The position numbers and the translations under genes are program-made. A DNA stretch of 64,000 nt from an uncultured Pedobacter sp. (GTDB lineage: Bacteria > Bacteroidota > Bacteroidia > Sphingobacteriales > Sphingobacteriaceae), in NCBI GenBank assembly GCA_965650335.1, contig CBFGOI010000003.1, positions 28,152 through 92,151 on the forward strand. Reading direction: 5' to 3'. The notes under the pieces were generated by a model, which was not told the origin of the DNA, did not search any database, and saw only the letters and a program-made list of their open reading frames with translations. Below, piece after piece: positions 55,059 through 64,000 of this stretch; position 1 is the first letter of the stretch, and each line of letters begins with the position of its first letter.

Positions 55059-56915
55059 ATGAAGAGAATTATAAAGCCCTGGTGGATTTCAATTCAGGTA
55101 GTTGCGATCCTGTTATTAATTATTAGCATTTCGGGATGTAAAAAGGAAGCCATCGTGGCTAAAACAAGTGATAACGTAAATATTACCACGTACCTTGAGA
55201 AGTATCCCGATCAGTTTTCTGAATTCAGAAAAATCCTTGAGATTACTAAGACAGCGGGATTTTTGCAGGCATACGGAAACTACACGATGTTTTTGCCCAC
55301 AAATGATGGAGTAAAAGCTTATCTCCAAGATATCGGCAAGAACTCTGTCGAAGAAGTTAATGTGGAAGATCTTAAAAATGTAGTTAAGTTTCATTTATTG
55401 GAAGATACAATACCATCCACCAGCTTCGGCGACGGCAAATTGGATGCAGTTACCATGTATGGTCAATTTTTGATTACAGGGGTGCAAAATGTAGGAGGAG
55501 TGTCGTCAGTTACGATTAACAGGCAGGCAAATATTGAAAAGGCAAACATCCGGGTAGGAAACGGTTACATTCATGTAATTGATAATGTTTTACGTCCGGA
55601 GAAATTCACACTTGGATTTTTGCTCGAATCAATGCCCGAAAAATATTCAATATTTACAGAGGCCCTTAAGAAAACCGGTTTATTCGACAGCTTAAATATA
55701 GCTCCTGCTGCCAATCCAGATCCGACCCGCAAGTATTTGACTGTTCTGGCAGAAACAAATGATGTCTTAAACGCTGCTGGTTTTCAAAAATGGGAGGATT
55801 TAAGAGATCGTTACACTTCTGGTAATTCTGATCTTACGAAGGCAGGAAATGGTTTCCATGCATACATGGCATATCATATACTTAATGGTGCAAAATATCT
55901 GGCAGATCTGGCTTCAGCAACTCCGATAGCTCACAAAACTCTTGCTCTCCCTGAAATTATAACCTCAGAGCTGAAAGGTGGAGATATTATCTTAAATGAA
56001 CTAATATTTAATTTCCAATTTGAGCCAGGTACTCGACTGGTGCGTGAAACGAGCGATCGTTCAGCGTTTAACGGGGTAATACATACAACTGGTTTGTATA
56101 CCTATACAAAAACCTATAAAGACGCTACAGATGCATCGATTACTGTTAGCGGAACAACAACAGGTCAGTTTGCAATTAAACCGAGAGTTCCGTTCCCGGT
56201 CTACTGGGACGTGGCTGATTTTCCGGAAATAAGAAAGCTCACCAACTCATTCAGGACTGTAGGCGGACCTTCCGTTGCTTTCAATAAAGCAAGTTCCACT
56301 GCACCAGCTCCTATAGCAGGTTGGAACTGGTTTAAGCAAACTTTTGGTGTTACTTATATAAACGATGGAAAATTTGTCAATAAGGATTATTTGAACATGG
56401 TACTAGGGGTAAGCAGCCGAAATGACTGGATGGAGTTAAAGACTCCTTTAATCGTACGTGGTCGTTATAACATCTGGATCTGTTACGAAAGAAGAAGGCA
56501 GTCAAGCACTGAATGGCCGAATAACGTCGGAACCACAATGAGGGTAAGCATCGATGGTGGTCCAATGACAACTATACCTCTGCATTTTGCCGAGCCGGCA
56601 CCAGCGGGGTCAACCGTAGAACTTGAAAATTTAGGCTGGAAGTATTATACATCAACAGGAAATCCTGCGAATCCTTTCACAAAACAGCCTCAATCCGGAT
56701 CTCTTGGAAATCTGCTATTGTCTAAAAAAGTAGGAGCGTTGGATATTACAACCACAGGAACGCATACGATCAGACTTACTGCTGTTCTTGGAAGTCAGAG
56801 TACAAATAATCTGGACATGATCCATTTCATTCCGGTTGACTGGCCGTCACAAATATTGCCTCGTTTCAAAACAGACGGTTCACTCGACTATACAGATTAT
56901 CCTGGTACGCATTAA
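55059..56915 (+). CDS. Fasciclin-domain lipoprotein with a C-terminal beta-sandwich-like domain
   Basis: Lipobox ISG-C followed by KKE. FAS1 motifs YTMFLPTNDGV...NGYIHVIDNVL and LTVLAETNDVL...NGVIH. Confidence 0.85.
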   Translation: MKRIIKPWWISIQVVAILLLIISISGCKKEAIVAKTSDNVNITTYLEKYPDQFSEFRKILEITKTAGFLQAYGNYTMFLPTNDGVKAYLQDIGKNSVEEVNVEDLKNVVKFHLLEDTIPSTSFGDGKLDAVTMYGQFLITGVQNVGGVSSVTINRQANIEKANIRVGNGYIHVIDNVLRPEKFTLGFLLESMPEKYSIFTEALKKTGLFDSLNIAPAANPDPTRKYLTVLAETNDVLNAAGFQKWEDLRDRYTSGNSDLTKAGNGFHAYMAYHILNGAKYLADLASATPIAHKTLALPEIITSELKGGDIILNELIFNFQFEPGTRLVRETSDRSAFNGVIHTTGLYTYTKTYKDATDASITVSGTTTGQFAIKPRVPFPVYWDVADFPEIRKLTNSFRTVGGPSVAFNKASSTAPAPIAGWNWFKQTFGVTYINDGKFVNKDYLNMVLGVSSRNDWMELKTPLIVRGRYNIWICYERRRQSSTEWPNNVGTTMRVSIDGGPMTTIPLHFAEPAPAGSTVELENLGWKYYTSTGNPANPFTKQPQSGSLGNLLLSKKVGALDITTTGTHTIRLTAVLGSQSTNNLDMIHFIPVDWPSQILPRFKTDGSLDYTDYPGTH

Positions 56916-56926
56916 ATATATTAAAT

Positions 56927-56948
56927 CCCTGTAGCCCAAGCTACAGGG
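56927..56948 (+). other. Intercistronic GC-rich hairpin without a clear U-tract
   Basis: ccctgtagc-ccaa-gctacaggg between the two fasciclin genes. Confidence 0.55.
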
Positions 56949-56972
56949 TTACATTATAACTAATTGAAGATA

Positions 56973-58580
56973 ATGAACTTAAAAAGAAACGTATATATGG
57001 TTTTGGCTTGCATGGCGGTAATATTTGCGGGCTGCTCAAAAAAGTGGGATGAGCACAATGAAGTAACCAACCCGATCTTAAACCAGAAGCTATTAGACAA
57101 AATAAACTCAGACCCCGAACTCAGTAAATTCAGCGAGTATCTGGCGTCAACAGGTTACGACAGTGTTTTGGCCAGCTCTAAAACATTTACAGTTTGGGCG
57201 CCTACAAATGCCGCATTGCAGGCCGTTGATCCAACTTTGTTAGATACTGAGGCCGAGTTAAAGTTATTCGTGGGAAATCATCTTGCGACTCAAACCTATC
57301 TTACAGCATCGACCCTGCCTACCTTTATTCGTGTAAAAACCTTAAATGGTAAGAATGTAACGTTCTCAGAAAACGCTGTCGATGGCTCGCCCCTGGCAAC
57401 TAAAGATTTTTATGTGGGAAACGGGGTGTTACATACCATAAGCACCGCAATTATCCCAAAAGTTAGTGCCTGGGAATATTTGATGTCAACCAGCACTATC
57501 CAAAAGGACGAACTTGTTAAATTGAACTTTACCTTCTTTGACCCTACAAAAGCTGAAGAAATAGGAGTTGACGCTAACGGAGTCACTCTTTATAAACCGG
57601 GAACGGGTTACTTTACTAGAAACTCTTATTTGAACCGAGCTAATATAAGCAATGAAGATTCACTGTATACTTATATTGTTTTAACTGATGCTGCATTCCA
57701 GGCAGAGAGAGCTAAGCTAAATAAATATTATCAACTTGGAATAGATCCTATCACAGGTTATGATAGCACCGCAGTTTTGACAAACCAAAGTATCATAAAA
57801 GATTTGGCTTTTAAAGGGATTTTAGATAAAGAAAACTTCCCTGCATCAGCCTACTCTGTAGGAGACAGCGTTAGATTCCACCTTCATAAGTCGGCGATAG
57901 TAGAGACCAGACAAGTGAGTAACGGGGTCGTTTACGTCATGAATAGTATTAACTATGATTTAATGGGCGCCGGCGGAACATATGATCCTTATACTAAAAT
58001 CAAACCGGTTGTGATTCAGGGAGAAAGTGCCAATAACAGTACTGATTTTCTCTCAGTTAAAACCAATACGCGCCCGGTAAGAAGAGATTTGGATGGAAAA
58101 TTATTTACGCAAATCCAGGTGGAGAATCATGGTACTAGCGCTTATTGGGCCCGTTACAAGCCGACGGCGGTAAATTCAGTTAAATACAAGGTGGTTTGGA
58201 GGGTTGTAAGACAAACAAACCTTGTGCCTGCTAATGCCGCAACAGCTCCAACTGGCAACGACCTGGTATATTTCCCTATGAGGGTTGCGTTTAAAACGTC
58301 GGCTCTAACTACCGGATTTGCTTATATACCCAAACCAGGAGTCGTACCGGTGCTAAATAGTAATGGCACCCAGGCTACTGATGCAGCAGGTAAATATATG
58401 TTCGCCCCTGACTATGAAGAAAGGACCTTGGGAGAGTACACTGTCGATAAATATTATTCAAGCAGCTTGAAATTTGGGGGTAATAGCAGATTGCCAATCT
58501 ACCTGGTTGGAAATACATCAACCGGCAACGGTACAAATACACTTTTGCTTGATTATATTAAGTTAATCCCTATTCAATAA
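56973..58580 (+). CDS. Fasciclin-domain lipoprotein
   Basis: ATG at 56973 (TTG at 56964 possible). Lipobox FAG-C followed by SKKWDE. FAS1 motifs FTVWAPTNAAL...NGVLHTI and YTYIVLTDAAF...NGVVYVM. Confidence 0.85.
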   Translation: MNLKRNVYMVLACMAVIFAGCSKKWDEHNEVTNPILNQKLLDKINSDPELSKFSEYLASTGYDSVLASSKTFTVWAPTNAALQAVDPTLLDTEAELKLFVGNHLATQTYLTASTLPTFIRVKTLNGKNVTFSENAVDGSPLATKDFYVGNGVLHTISTAIIPKVSAWEYLMSTSTIQKDELVKLNFTFFDPTKAEEIGVDANGVTLYKPGTGYFTRNSYLNRANISNEDSLYTYIVLTDAAFQAERAKLNKYYQLGIDPITGYDSTAVLTNQSIIKDLAFKGILDKENFPASAYSVGDSVRFHLHKSAIVETRQVSNGVVYVMNSINYDLMGAGGTYDPYTKIKPVVIQGESANNSTDFLSVKTNTRPVRRDLDGKLFTQIQVENHGTSAYWARYKPTAVNSVKYKVVWRVVRQTNLVPANAATAPTGNDLVYFPMRVAFKTSALTTGFAYIPKPGVVPVLNSNGTQATDAAGKYMFAPDYEERTLGEYTVDKYYSSSLKFGGNSRLPIYLVGNTSTGNGTNTLLLDYIKLIPIQ

Positions 58581-58608
58581 GAAATAACCGATTCATAAAA
58601 CTTGAATT

Positions 58609-61600
58609 ATGCACATATTTACAAAAACGGTGAAAAGAATTTTCTTGCCATGCTTAATTATTGGAATTGCTTCAAATCAAATAAATGCGAGACAACAAGA
58701 TTCAGTATCAACTACTGTTCAGGATTCTTTAAATAAAAAAACTAGTAATAGCCGGTTACAAGTTTCGGGCGTGATTAAGGACGCCGCAAGTGGAAAAGGA
58801 CTTGATGGAATAAACGTGGCTCTTCCTGGTTATTCAGCATCCATAACCAATGCTAGCGGTGAGTTTAAGCTCTCAATTCCGGATTATCATGTTACTTTGT
58901 TGGTTTCTGCTCCGGGATTTCATACGAAGGAAATAGCACTAAAAGGACGGAAAAGAGTGTCCACCGACCTATATGAGGAGGATTTTACCTCTGCATACGA
59001 TGAGGTTCGTATGCCATATGAGCAAAAATTATACAGCCATTCAACCGCAGGCATTAAATCTCTTGGTGTGAGTGATAACTGGCAACGCTCGGGCGAGAGC
59101 GTAGATACTTACCTTCAGGGGAAAGTGGCCGGGCTAAATGCGATAAGACGTTCGGGAAGCTATGGTTCGGGTTCAAATATTCTGATTCGGGGATATAATT
59201 CTTTATACACAACAAATCAGCCCCTCTATATTGTGGACGGTATTTATTACGACAATACCAATTTTGGCACATCACTAATTGCCGGCCATGTTGACAATCC
59301 TTTAACCAATATCGACTTAAAAGATATCGATAACATCACAGTTATCAAGGATGGAACAGCTTCAAGTTATGGTACAAAAGCAGCTAACGGAGTGGTTATC
59401 ATCACAACCGCCAGGGCAAAAGAACAAGCTACAAAAATCGATTTCGCAGCTTATGGTGGATATAATGTAAAGCCATCAGGAGTGCCGGTAATGGATGCCG
59501 GGCAATATCGTTCCTATTTGACTGATGCCCTTGCATCGGTGTATCCGCAGTCATATATTCAGTCTCAACCTTATATGAACGACGATTCAAACCCGGCTAC
59601 GAATCCTAATTTTTTTCGTTATCATAACAACGTCAACTGGCAGGACCAAGTGACGAGTAATAGTTATAATCAGAACTATTATATGAAAGTAACGGGCGGT
59701 GACAATATTGCAACTTATGGACTGGCAGTTGGCTATTTAAATAATAAGGGTGTTACTAATAATACCGATCTACAGCGTTACCAAACGAGGTTTAATGCTG
59801 ATTTGCGTCTTTCAGAAAAGTTTAAAGCTAACGCTAACTTATCCTACATTTCTAATGAACAGAATTTGAAGGATCAGGGACTTGCGTTTAATACCAATCC
59901 TCTCTACCTTGCTCTAACTAAAGCTCCATTTTTATCTACCAATGAAGTATCCGATGAGGGAGCTGTTTCCCCTAATTATGCCGCAGTAGATATTTTTGGT
60001 AAAAGTAATCCGGTTTCGGTTTCAGAAAAAATGTTAGGCGATCATAAGAACTATCGCTTTATGGGTTCTATGGCTTTTGGCTATGAATTTAGCAAAAAAT
60101 TAAATCTTCAGGTGCTTGGAGGAGTGACGTTTAGTAAAGTACGTGAGAATATATTTATCCCGGAAAAAGGTGTTGTAGCAGATACACTAACAAAGGCGAT
60201 TGCTGAAAACCGCTCAGGTACCAACACGGAACGTTTGTATTCTATATTTAATGATACTCGTTTATCCTTTAACCAAACATTCAACAACATTCATAGCCTT
60301 TCAACAAATGTTGGATTCAGGTTTAATGATAGTAAAATGGAAACGGATTTAGGATTAGGATATAACTCAGCAACCGATGAGTTCATCAGTGTTGGAAATG
60401 GCCAGGCTGCATTAAGGAAAATTAGTGGCCAAAATGGAAACTGGCGTTCACTCAATCTGTATGGAAATGCAGATTATGCTTTCAGAAAGAAATATTTTGC
60501 TTCCTTTAATATAGGTGTTGATAAATCATCAAGATTTGGAAAAGATGCACCTTCGTTCGCATTAATGCCGTCCCTTTCTGCGGGGTGGTTGATCTCTTCT
60601 GAAGATTTCCTTGCCGAAAATAAATTTTTTGAACTTTTGAAATTAAGAGCAAGCTATGGATTAGTTGGTAATGACGATTTGGGAAACTATTCGTCAAGAC
60701 AGTATTATGTCTCCCAAAATCTTCTTGGCTTTCAGGGATTAGTTCGGGGAAATGTACCTAACAGTTCTTTACAATGGGAAACTGTTGGGAAATTCAATGT
60801 CGGAGTAGATGCTTCTGTGCTTAAGGAAAGGCTAAGCTTAAGTTTTGATGTATTTAAAAATCATACCTACGATATGCTAATACAGGAGCCGGTGCCAACT
60901 ATTAGCGGGTTCGACTACACGCTTACCAATAATGGTGGTATGAAAAGTAGTGGTATTGAGCTTGGCATAAATGCCCGGGTTCTAAACAAGGCAGTGAAGC
61001 TAGATATGGGATTCAATATTGCAACATATCGAAATGAAATTACCAAAGTGCCTAATGACCGGATACTAACAAATTATGCAGGTGCCACTATTCTTTCTCA
61101 AACGGGGTTGGCTGCTAACTTGTTTTATGGTTATAAAACTAATGGAGTATACTCTTCACAAGCAGAGGCATCAGCTTCAGGTTTGTTTAATAAGGATCTG
61201 GCTGGAAATATCGTTGCTGTACAAGCCGGAGATATGCGCTTTGTAAATACTTACGATAGTCCGGCCGACATTGCAAATAATATCCATGTAATTGACGAGA
61301 ATGACCGGCAGGTAATTGGCAATCCAAATCCTGATTTTACAGGAATGTTTAATAGCTCATTATCCTGGAAAAGATTGTCAGCCGATATTATGTTCACATT
61401 TTCGAAGGGTAATGATATTTACAATTCTTTGCGCTCAAGTTTAGAATCAATGGACGGAATTGAAAACCAGCTGCCTGCTGTGAATAACCGTTGGAGAGCT
61501 GACGGTCAGGTAACCAGTGTTCCAAGAGCTGTTATTGGCGACCCTACAGGGAACGCACGGTTTTCTGATCGTTGGATTGAAGATGGATCTTACTTGCGTT

Positions 61601-61818
61601 TAAGAGCTTTGTCTGTAAGTTATGATGTGCCAATGAAAGCACGGGCATTAAAGTATACCAAAGTGTATTTAACCGGAAATAACCTATTTACAGTCACAAA
61701 ATATTTAGGGTACGATCCTGAATTTAGTGCTGGTGAACGGATATTTACCCAAGGTATTGATACCGGTTTAGAGCCTCAATTTAAGACCATTCAGCTTGGA
61801 GTCAGAGTTGGTCTATAG
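58609..61818 (+). CDS. susC: SusC/RagA TonB-dependent receptor
   Basis: PLYIVDGI, IKDGTASSYGTKAANGVVIITT and C-terminal YLGYDPEF...TIQLGVRVGL. Confidence 0.95.
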   Translation: MHIFTKTVKRIFLPCLIIGIASNQINARQQDSVSTTVQDSLNKKTSNSRLQVSGVIKDAASGKGLDGINVALPGYSASITNASGEFKLSIPDYHVTLLVSAPGFHTKEIALKGRKRVSTDLYEEDFTSAYDEVRMPYEQKLYSHSTAGIKSLGVSDNWQRSGESVDTYLQGKVAGLNAIRRSGSYGSGSNILIRGYNSLYTTNQPLYIVDGIYYDNTNFGTSLIAGHVDNPLTNIDLKDIDNITVIKDGTASSYGTKAANGVVIITTARAKEQATKIDFAAYGGYNVKPSGVPVMDAGQYRSYLTDALASVYPQSYIQSQPYMNDDSNPATNPNFFRYHNNVNWQDQVTSNSYNQNYYMKVTGGDNIATYGLAVGYLNNKGVTNNTDLQRYQTRFNADLRLSEKFKANANLSYISNEQNLKDQGLAFNTNPLYLALTKAPFLSTNEVSDEGAVSPNYAAVDIFGKSNPVSVSEKMLGDHKNYRFMGSMAFGYEFSKKLNLQVLGGVTFSKVRENIFIPEKGVVADTLTKAIAENRSGTNTERLYSIFNDTRLSFNQTFNNIHSLSTNVGFRFNDSKMETDLGLGYNSATDEFISVGNGQAALRKISGQNGNWRSLNLYGNADYAFRKKYFASFNIGVDKSSRFGKDAPSFALMPSLSAGWLISSEDFLAENKFFELLKLRASYGLVGNDDLGNYSSRQYYVSQNLLGFQGLVRGNVPNSSLQWETVGKFNVGVDASVLKERLSLSFDVFKNHTYDMLIQEPVPTISGFDYTLTNNGGMKSSGIELGINARVLNKAVKLDMGFNIATYRNEITKVPNDRILTNYAGATILSQTGLAANLFYGYKTNGVYSSQAEASASGLFNKDLAGNIVAVQAGDMRFVNTYDSPADIANNIHVIDENDRQVIGNPNPDFTGMFNSSLSWKRLSADIMFTFSKGNDIYNSLRSSLESMDGIENQLPAVNNRWRADGQVTSVPRAVIGDPTGNARFSDRWIEDGSYLRLRALSVSYDVPMKARALKYTKVYLTGNNLFTVTKYLGYDPEFSAGERIFTQGIDTGLEPQFKTIQLGVRVGL

Positions 61819-61840
61819 ATAAAATTTAAAAAGAACTTAT

Positions 61841-63628
61841 ATGAAAATATTATTAAAGGGATGGTTAAAAGGGGCAATAGCACTGTCTCTAAGCATAAGT
61901 TTCGTTTCTTGTGAAAAAACTTTCGATCTTAAACCAGAAGACGCGCTTGATTATACTCAGGCATATCAAAATGTTTATGATGCTGATGCTGTTGTATTTG
62001 GTATCTATGGTAAAATGGCTGGAATTGCAGATCGTTATTTAGTTTTAAATGAACTGCGTGCTGATTTAGAGGATGTAACTCAGAACTCAGATCAATATCT
62101 CAAACAATTAAGTAATCATAACGTAAGCGTTGATAATCCATGGGCTGATCCAAAGCCCTTCTACGAGATTATTCTAAACTGTAATGATGTATTGAAGAAC
62201 TTTGATATCATGCTTGAAAACAAGCGTCTGACTCAAACAGATTATGATATCCGCAAATCAGAAGTTATTGCCGCCAGAGCTTGGCTGTACCTTCAATTGG
62301 GAATTCAATACGGCGATGTTCCGTATATTACAGACCCTCTGGCAACGTTTGCTGACTTAAAGGATGAATCTAAATATCCAAAAATTCCGTTTACGGAGCT
62401 TCTGGATAAACTTATCGTTTCCACTGAAAGTATGCCGAATAAGGATCCTCTTCCTTCCACAGTTTCACTTAGTGTTACTTTGGATAGCTATCCTACTTTA
62501 AAGATGTTTATCAATAAATATTTTTTAATGGGTGACTTGTATTTATGGAAAGGTGATTATCCTTCTGCTGCCAAATATTATCATAAGCTAATGACTTATG
62601 CGGAAGTATTATATCCTGGAAATCCTGCGGATGAAAAGGCTTTTAACACCTATTCTTTAGGTACTTCCAGCAATAGTGGAACCACCTATATTGGTAATGA
62701 TCGATGGACGAATATATTTACAACCGGCTTTACAGACCGATATGCCAATGAAGAGAACATTACGATGCTTCCCTTTGACAAGAAATTTGATCCAGTGAAT
62801 CCATTCATAGAGCTGTATTACAACAAGTATGTTATAAAGCCATCTGCTTTAGCAGTTAACAAATGGAATGCTCAGAGCCGTTCAGATAATACTCCTTTTG
62901 ATACATGGAGAGGGTTTAATAGAAGCTATTTTGTTGAAGGAAATCAAACCTATATCAATAAGCAAATCTCTAATTATTCCAAAAACTTACCATTTGAAAC
63001 TACAGATAAATGGATAATTTACCGGGCTGCCTTGTTGCATCTTCATATGGCAGAAGCGGCAAATAGAGATGGACGAGACAGACTAGCCTATGCTTTATTA
63101 AACAATGGAATAAGAAGTGCTTACACGCCTGTTCCGTCTCCTTCTAACGTTATTAATGTAATGCAATCGAATGTTTACATGAACTCCGCGAATGAGTGGG
63201 GAGCAGATCCAAATCACGATTATTACTTTGATGCACGATTTGGAACGGCGCCGAATTACAGGGCTTATTGGCATACTAATGCTGGGGTTAGAGGTCGGAT
63301 GAGTCTGGCACCTGTGAAGGTTGATTCTGCACAGTACTTTAATATGACAGTTCCCGGAAAACAATATAAGGAAGTAATCGATCGCCCCGGATTGACCCTG
63401 GCAATGGAGGATCTTATTCTTGAAGAAGTTGCCTTGGAAGGCGCCTTTGAAGGATACCGCTGGCAGGATTTGTTGAGGATTGCTTTGCGTCGGAAGGATA
63501 TCCAACCAAACTTTTTAGCGGATAAAATAGCCGCAAAGTTTGAAGCTAAAGGCGATGCTGCAGGTGCTGCTGCTGTCAGAGCAAAACTCGCTACCCAGGC
63601 AGGTTGGTATCTGCCATTTAAAATGTAA
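61841..63628 (+). CDS. susD: SusD/RagB lipoprotein
   Basis: Lipobox FVS-C, NELRADL, YGDVPYI, IYRAALLHLHMAEA and EGAFEGYRWQDLLR. Confidence 0.92.
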   Translation: MKILLKGWLKGAIALSLSISFVSCEKTFDLKPEDALDYTQAYQNVYDADAVVFGIYGKMAGIADRYLVLNELRADLEDVTQNSDQYLKQLSNHNVSVDNPWADPKPFYEIILNCNDVLKNFDIMLENKRLTQTDYDIRKSEVIAARAWLYLQLGIQYGDVPYITDPLATFADLKDESKYPKIPFTELLDKLIVSTESMPNKDPLPSTVSLSVTLDSYPTLKMFINKYFLMGDLYLWKGDYPSAAKYYHKLMTYAEVLYPGNPADEKAFNTYSLGTSSNSGTTYIGNDRWTNIFTTGFTDRYANEENITMLPFDKKFDPVNPFIELYYNKYVIKPSALAVNKWNAQSRSDNTPFDTWRGFNRSYFVEGNQTYINKQISNYSKNLPFETTDKWIIYRAALLHLHMAEAANRDGRDRLAYALLNNGIRSAYTPVPSPSNVINVMQSNVYMNSANEWGADPNHDYYFDARFGTAPNYRAYWHTNAGVRGRMSLAPVKVDSAQYFNMTVPGKQYKEVIDRPGLTLAMEDLILEEVALEGAFEGYRWQDLLRIALRRKDIQPNFLADKIAAKFEAKGDAAGAAAVRAKLATQAGWYLPFKM

Positions 63629-63647
63629 TTACAATTATTTTTTTCTG

Positions 63648-63688
63648 AACTTTCCAAAGGCCCTGAGCTTTTGGAAAGTTATTTTTTT
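63648..63688 (+). terminator. Intrinsic terminator after susD4
   Basis: aactttccaaagg-ccctgag-cttttggaaagtt followed by attttttt. Confidence 0.8.
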
Positions 63689-63961
63689 CCTCCCGCCTAC
63701 GGTTGCATCTACCCTCTCGCTGGGCTTAAATCGAAAATGCTTCTTAAATTTATCCAGATACCTTTCTAACTCCCAAACGGGAATTTTTGGGCAGATCTGT
63801 TTTATTATTCTGATTTTCTATCTTCGTTCGAAGTCTTGGTTATAGAGTGCTCTATGCGGCGATATAAATATGTGGTTAATGGCTTTGAGGAAATTCATTA
63901 ACTTGCATTCGGCGTTTTGTATCATATCCCAAGTGTTAGGCTCCGTTTTCTCGTTGTCTTC

Positions 63962-64000
63962 ATGAAACAATTAGAAAGTTATTTACGGAAACATATAAAA
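63962..64000 (+). CDS. Possible 5' end of the next gene (13 codons, unassignable)
   Basis: ATG AAA CAA TTA... gives MKQLESYLRKHIK, open to the window edge. Confidence 0.3.
   Translation, partial: MKQLESYLRKHIK

Noticed and set aside
63635-63925. Minus-strand frame open for 35 codons, one TAG at 63818-63820, then 60 more codons (possible pseudogene or readthrough)
   Set aside because: No recognisable homology, and it runs through the susD4 terminator, so chance is the simpler explanation.

Overview
AT-rich Bacteroidota DNA, most like Sphingobacteriaceae (Pedobacter-like; inferred from gene content and SusC/SusD style). Five modules: (1) 1-4.7 kb, a divergent stress-type cluster: YbhB/YbcL PEBP (missed by the ORF track), erythromycin-esterase-family protein, DUF892, alpha/beta hydrolase, phosphoribosyltransferase and triple-BON protein. 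(2) 6-15 kb, kdpFABC with a KdpD split into two genes, an extra 27-aa membrane peptide, a sigma54 -24/-12 promoter, and an NtrC-type regulator whose receiver domain has no canonical start codon (ATC). (3) 15-23.7 kb, a Cu(I)/Ag(I)-type RND efflux cluster with CusA split into two overlapping ORFs, an outer-membrane factor with a repeat-derived N-terminal extension, two CusB adaptors and a DUF3347 protein. (4) 24-33.4 kb, L-rhamnose catabolism (rhaT, rhaEW, rhaI, kinase) followed by lutABC. (5) 33.7-63.7 kb, ECF sigma/FecR, four SusC/SusD pairs and three fasciclin lipoproteins, with no CAZyme in the window. The most notable unexplained structure is a ~130-nt element duplicated in front of the first two susC genes. 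Its hairpin plus U-tract reads as a terminator on the antisense strand, which suggests a pair of cis-antisense sRNAs. No rRNA, tRNA, CRISPR array, integrase or transposase was recognised.
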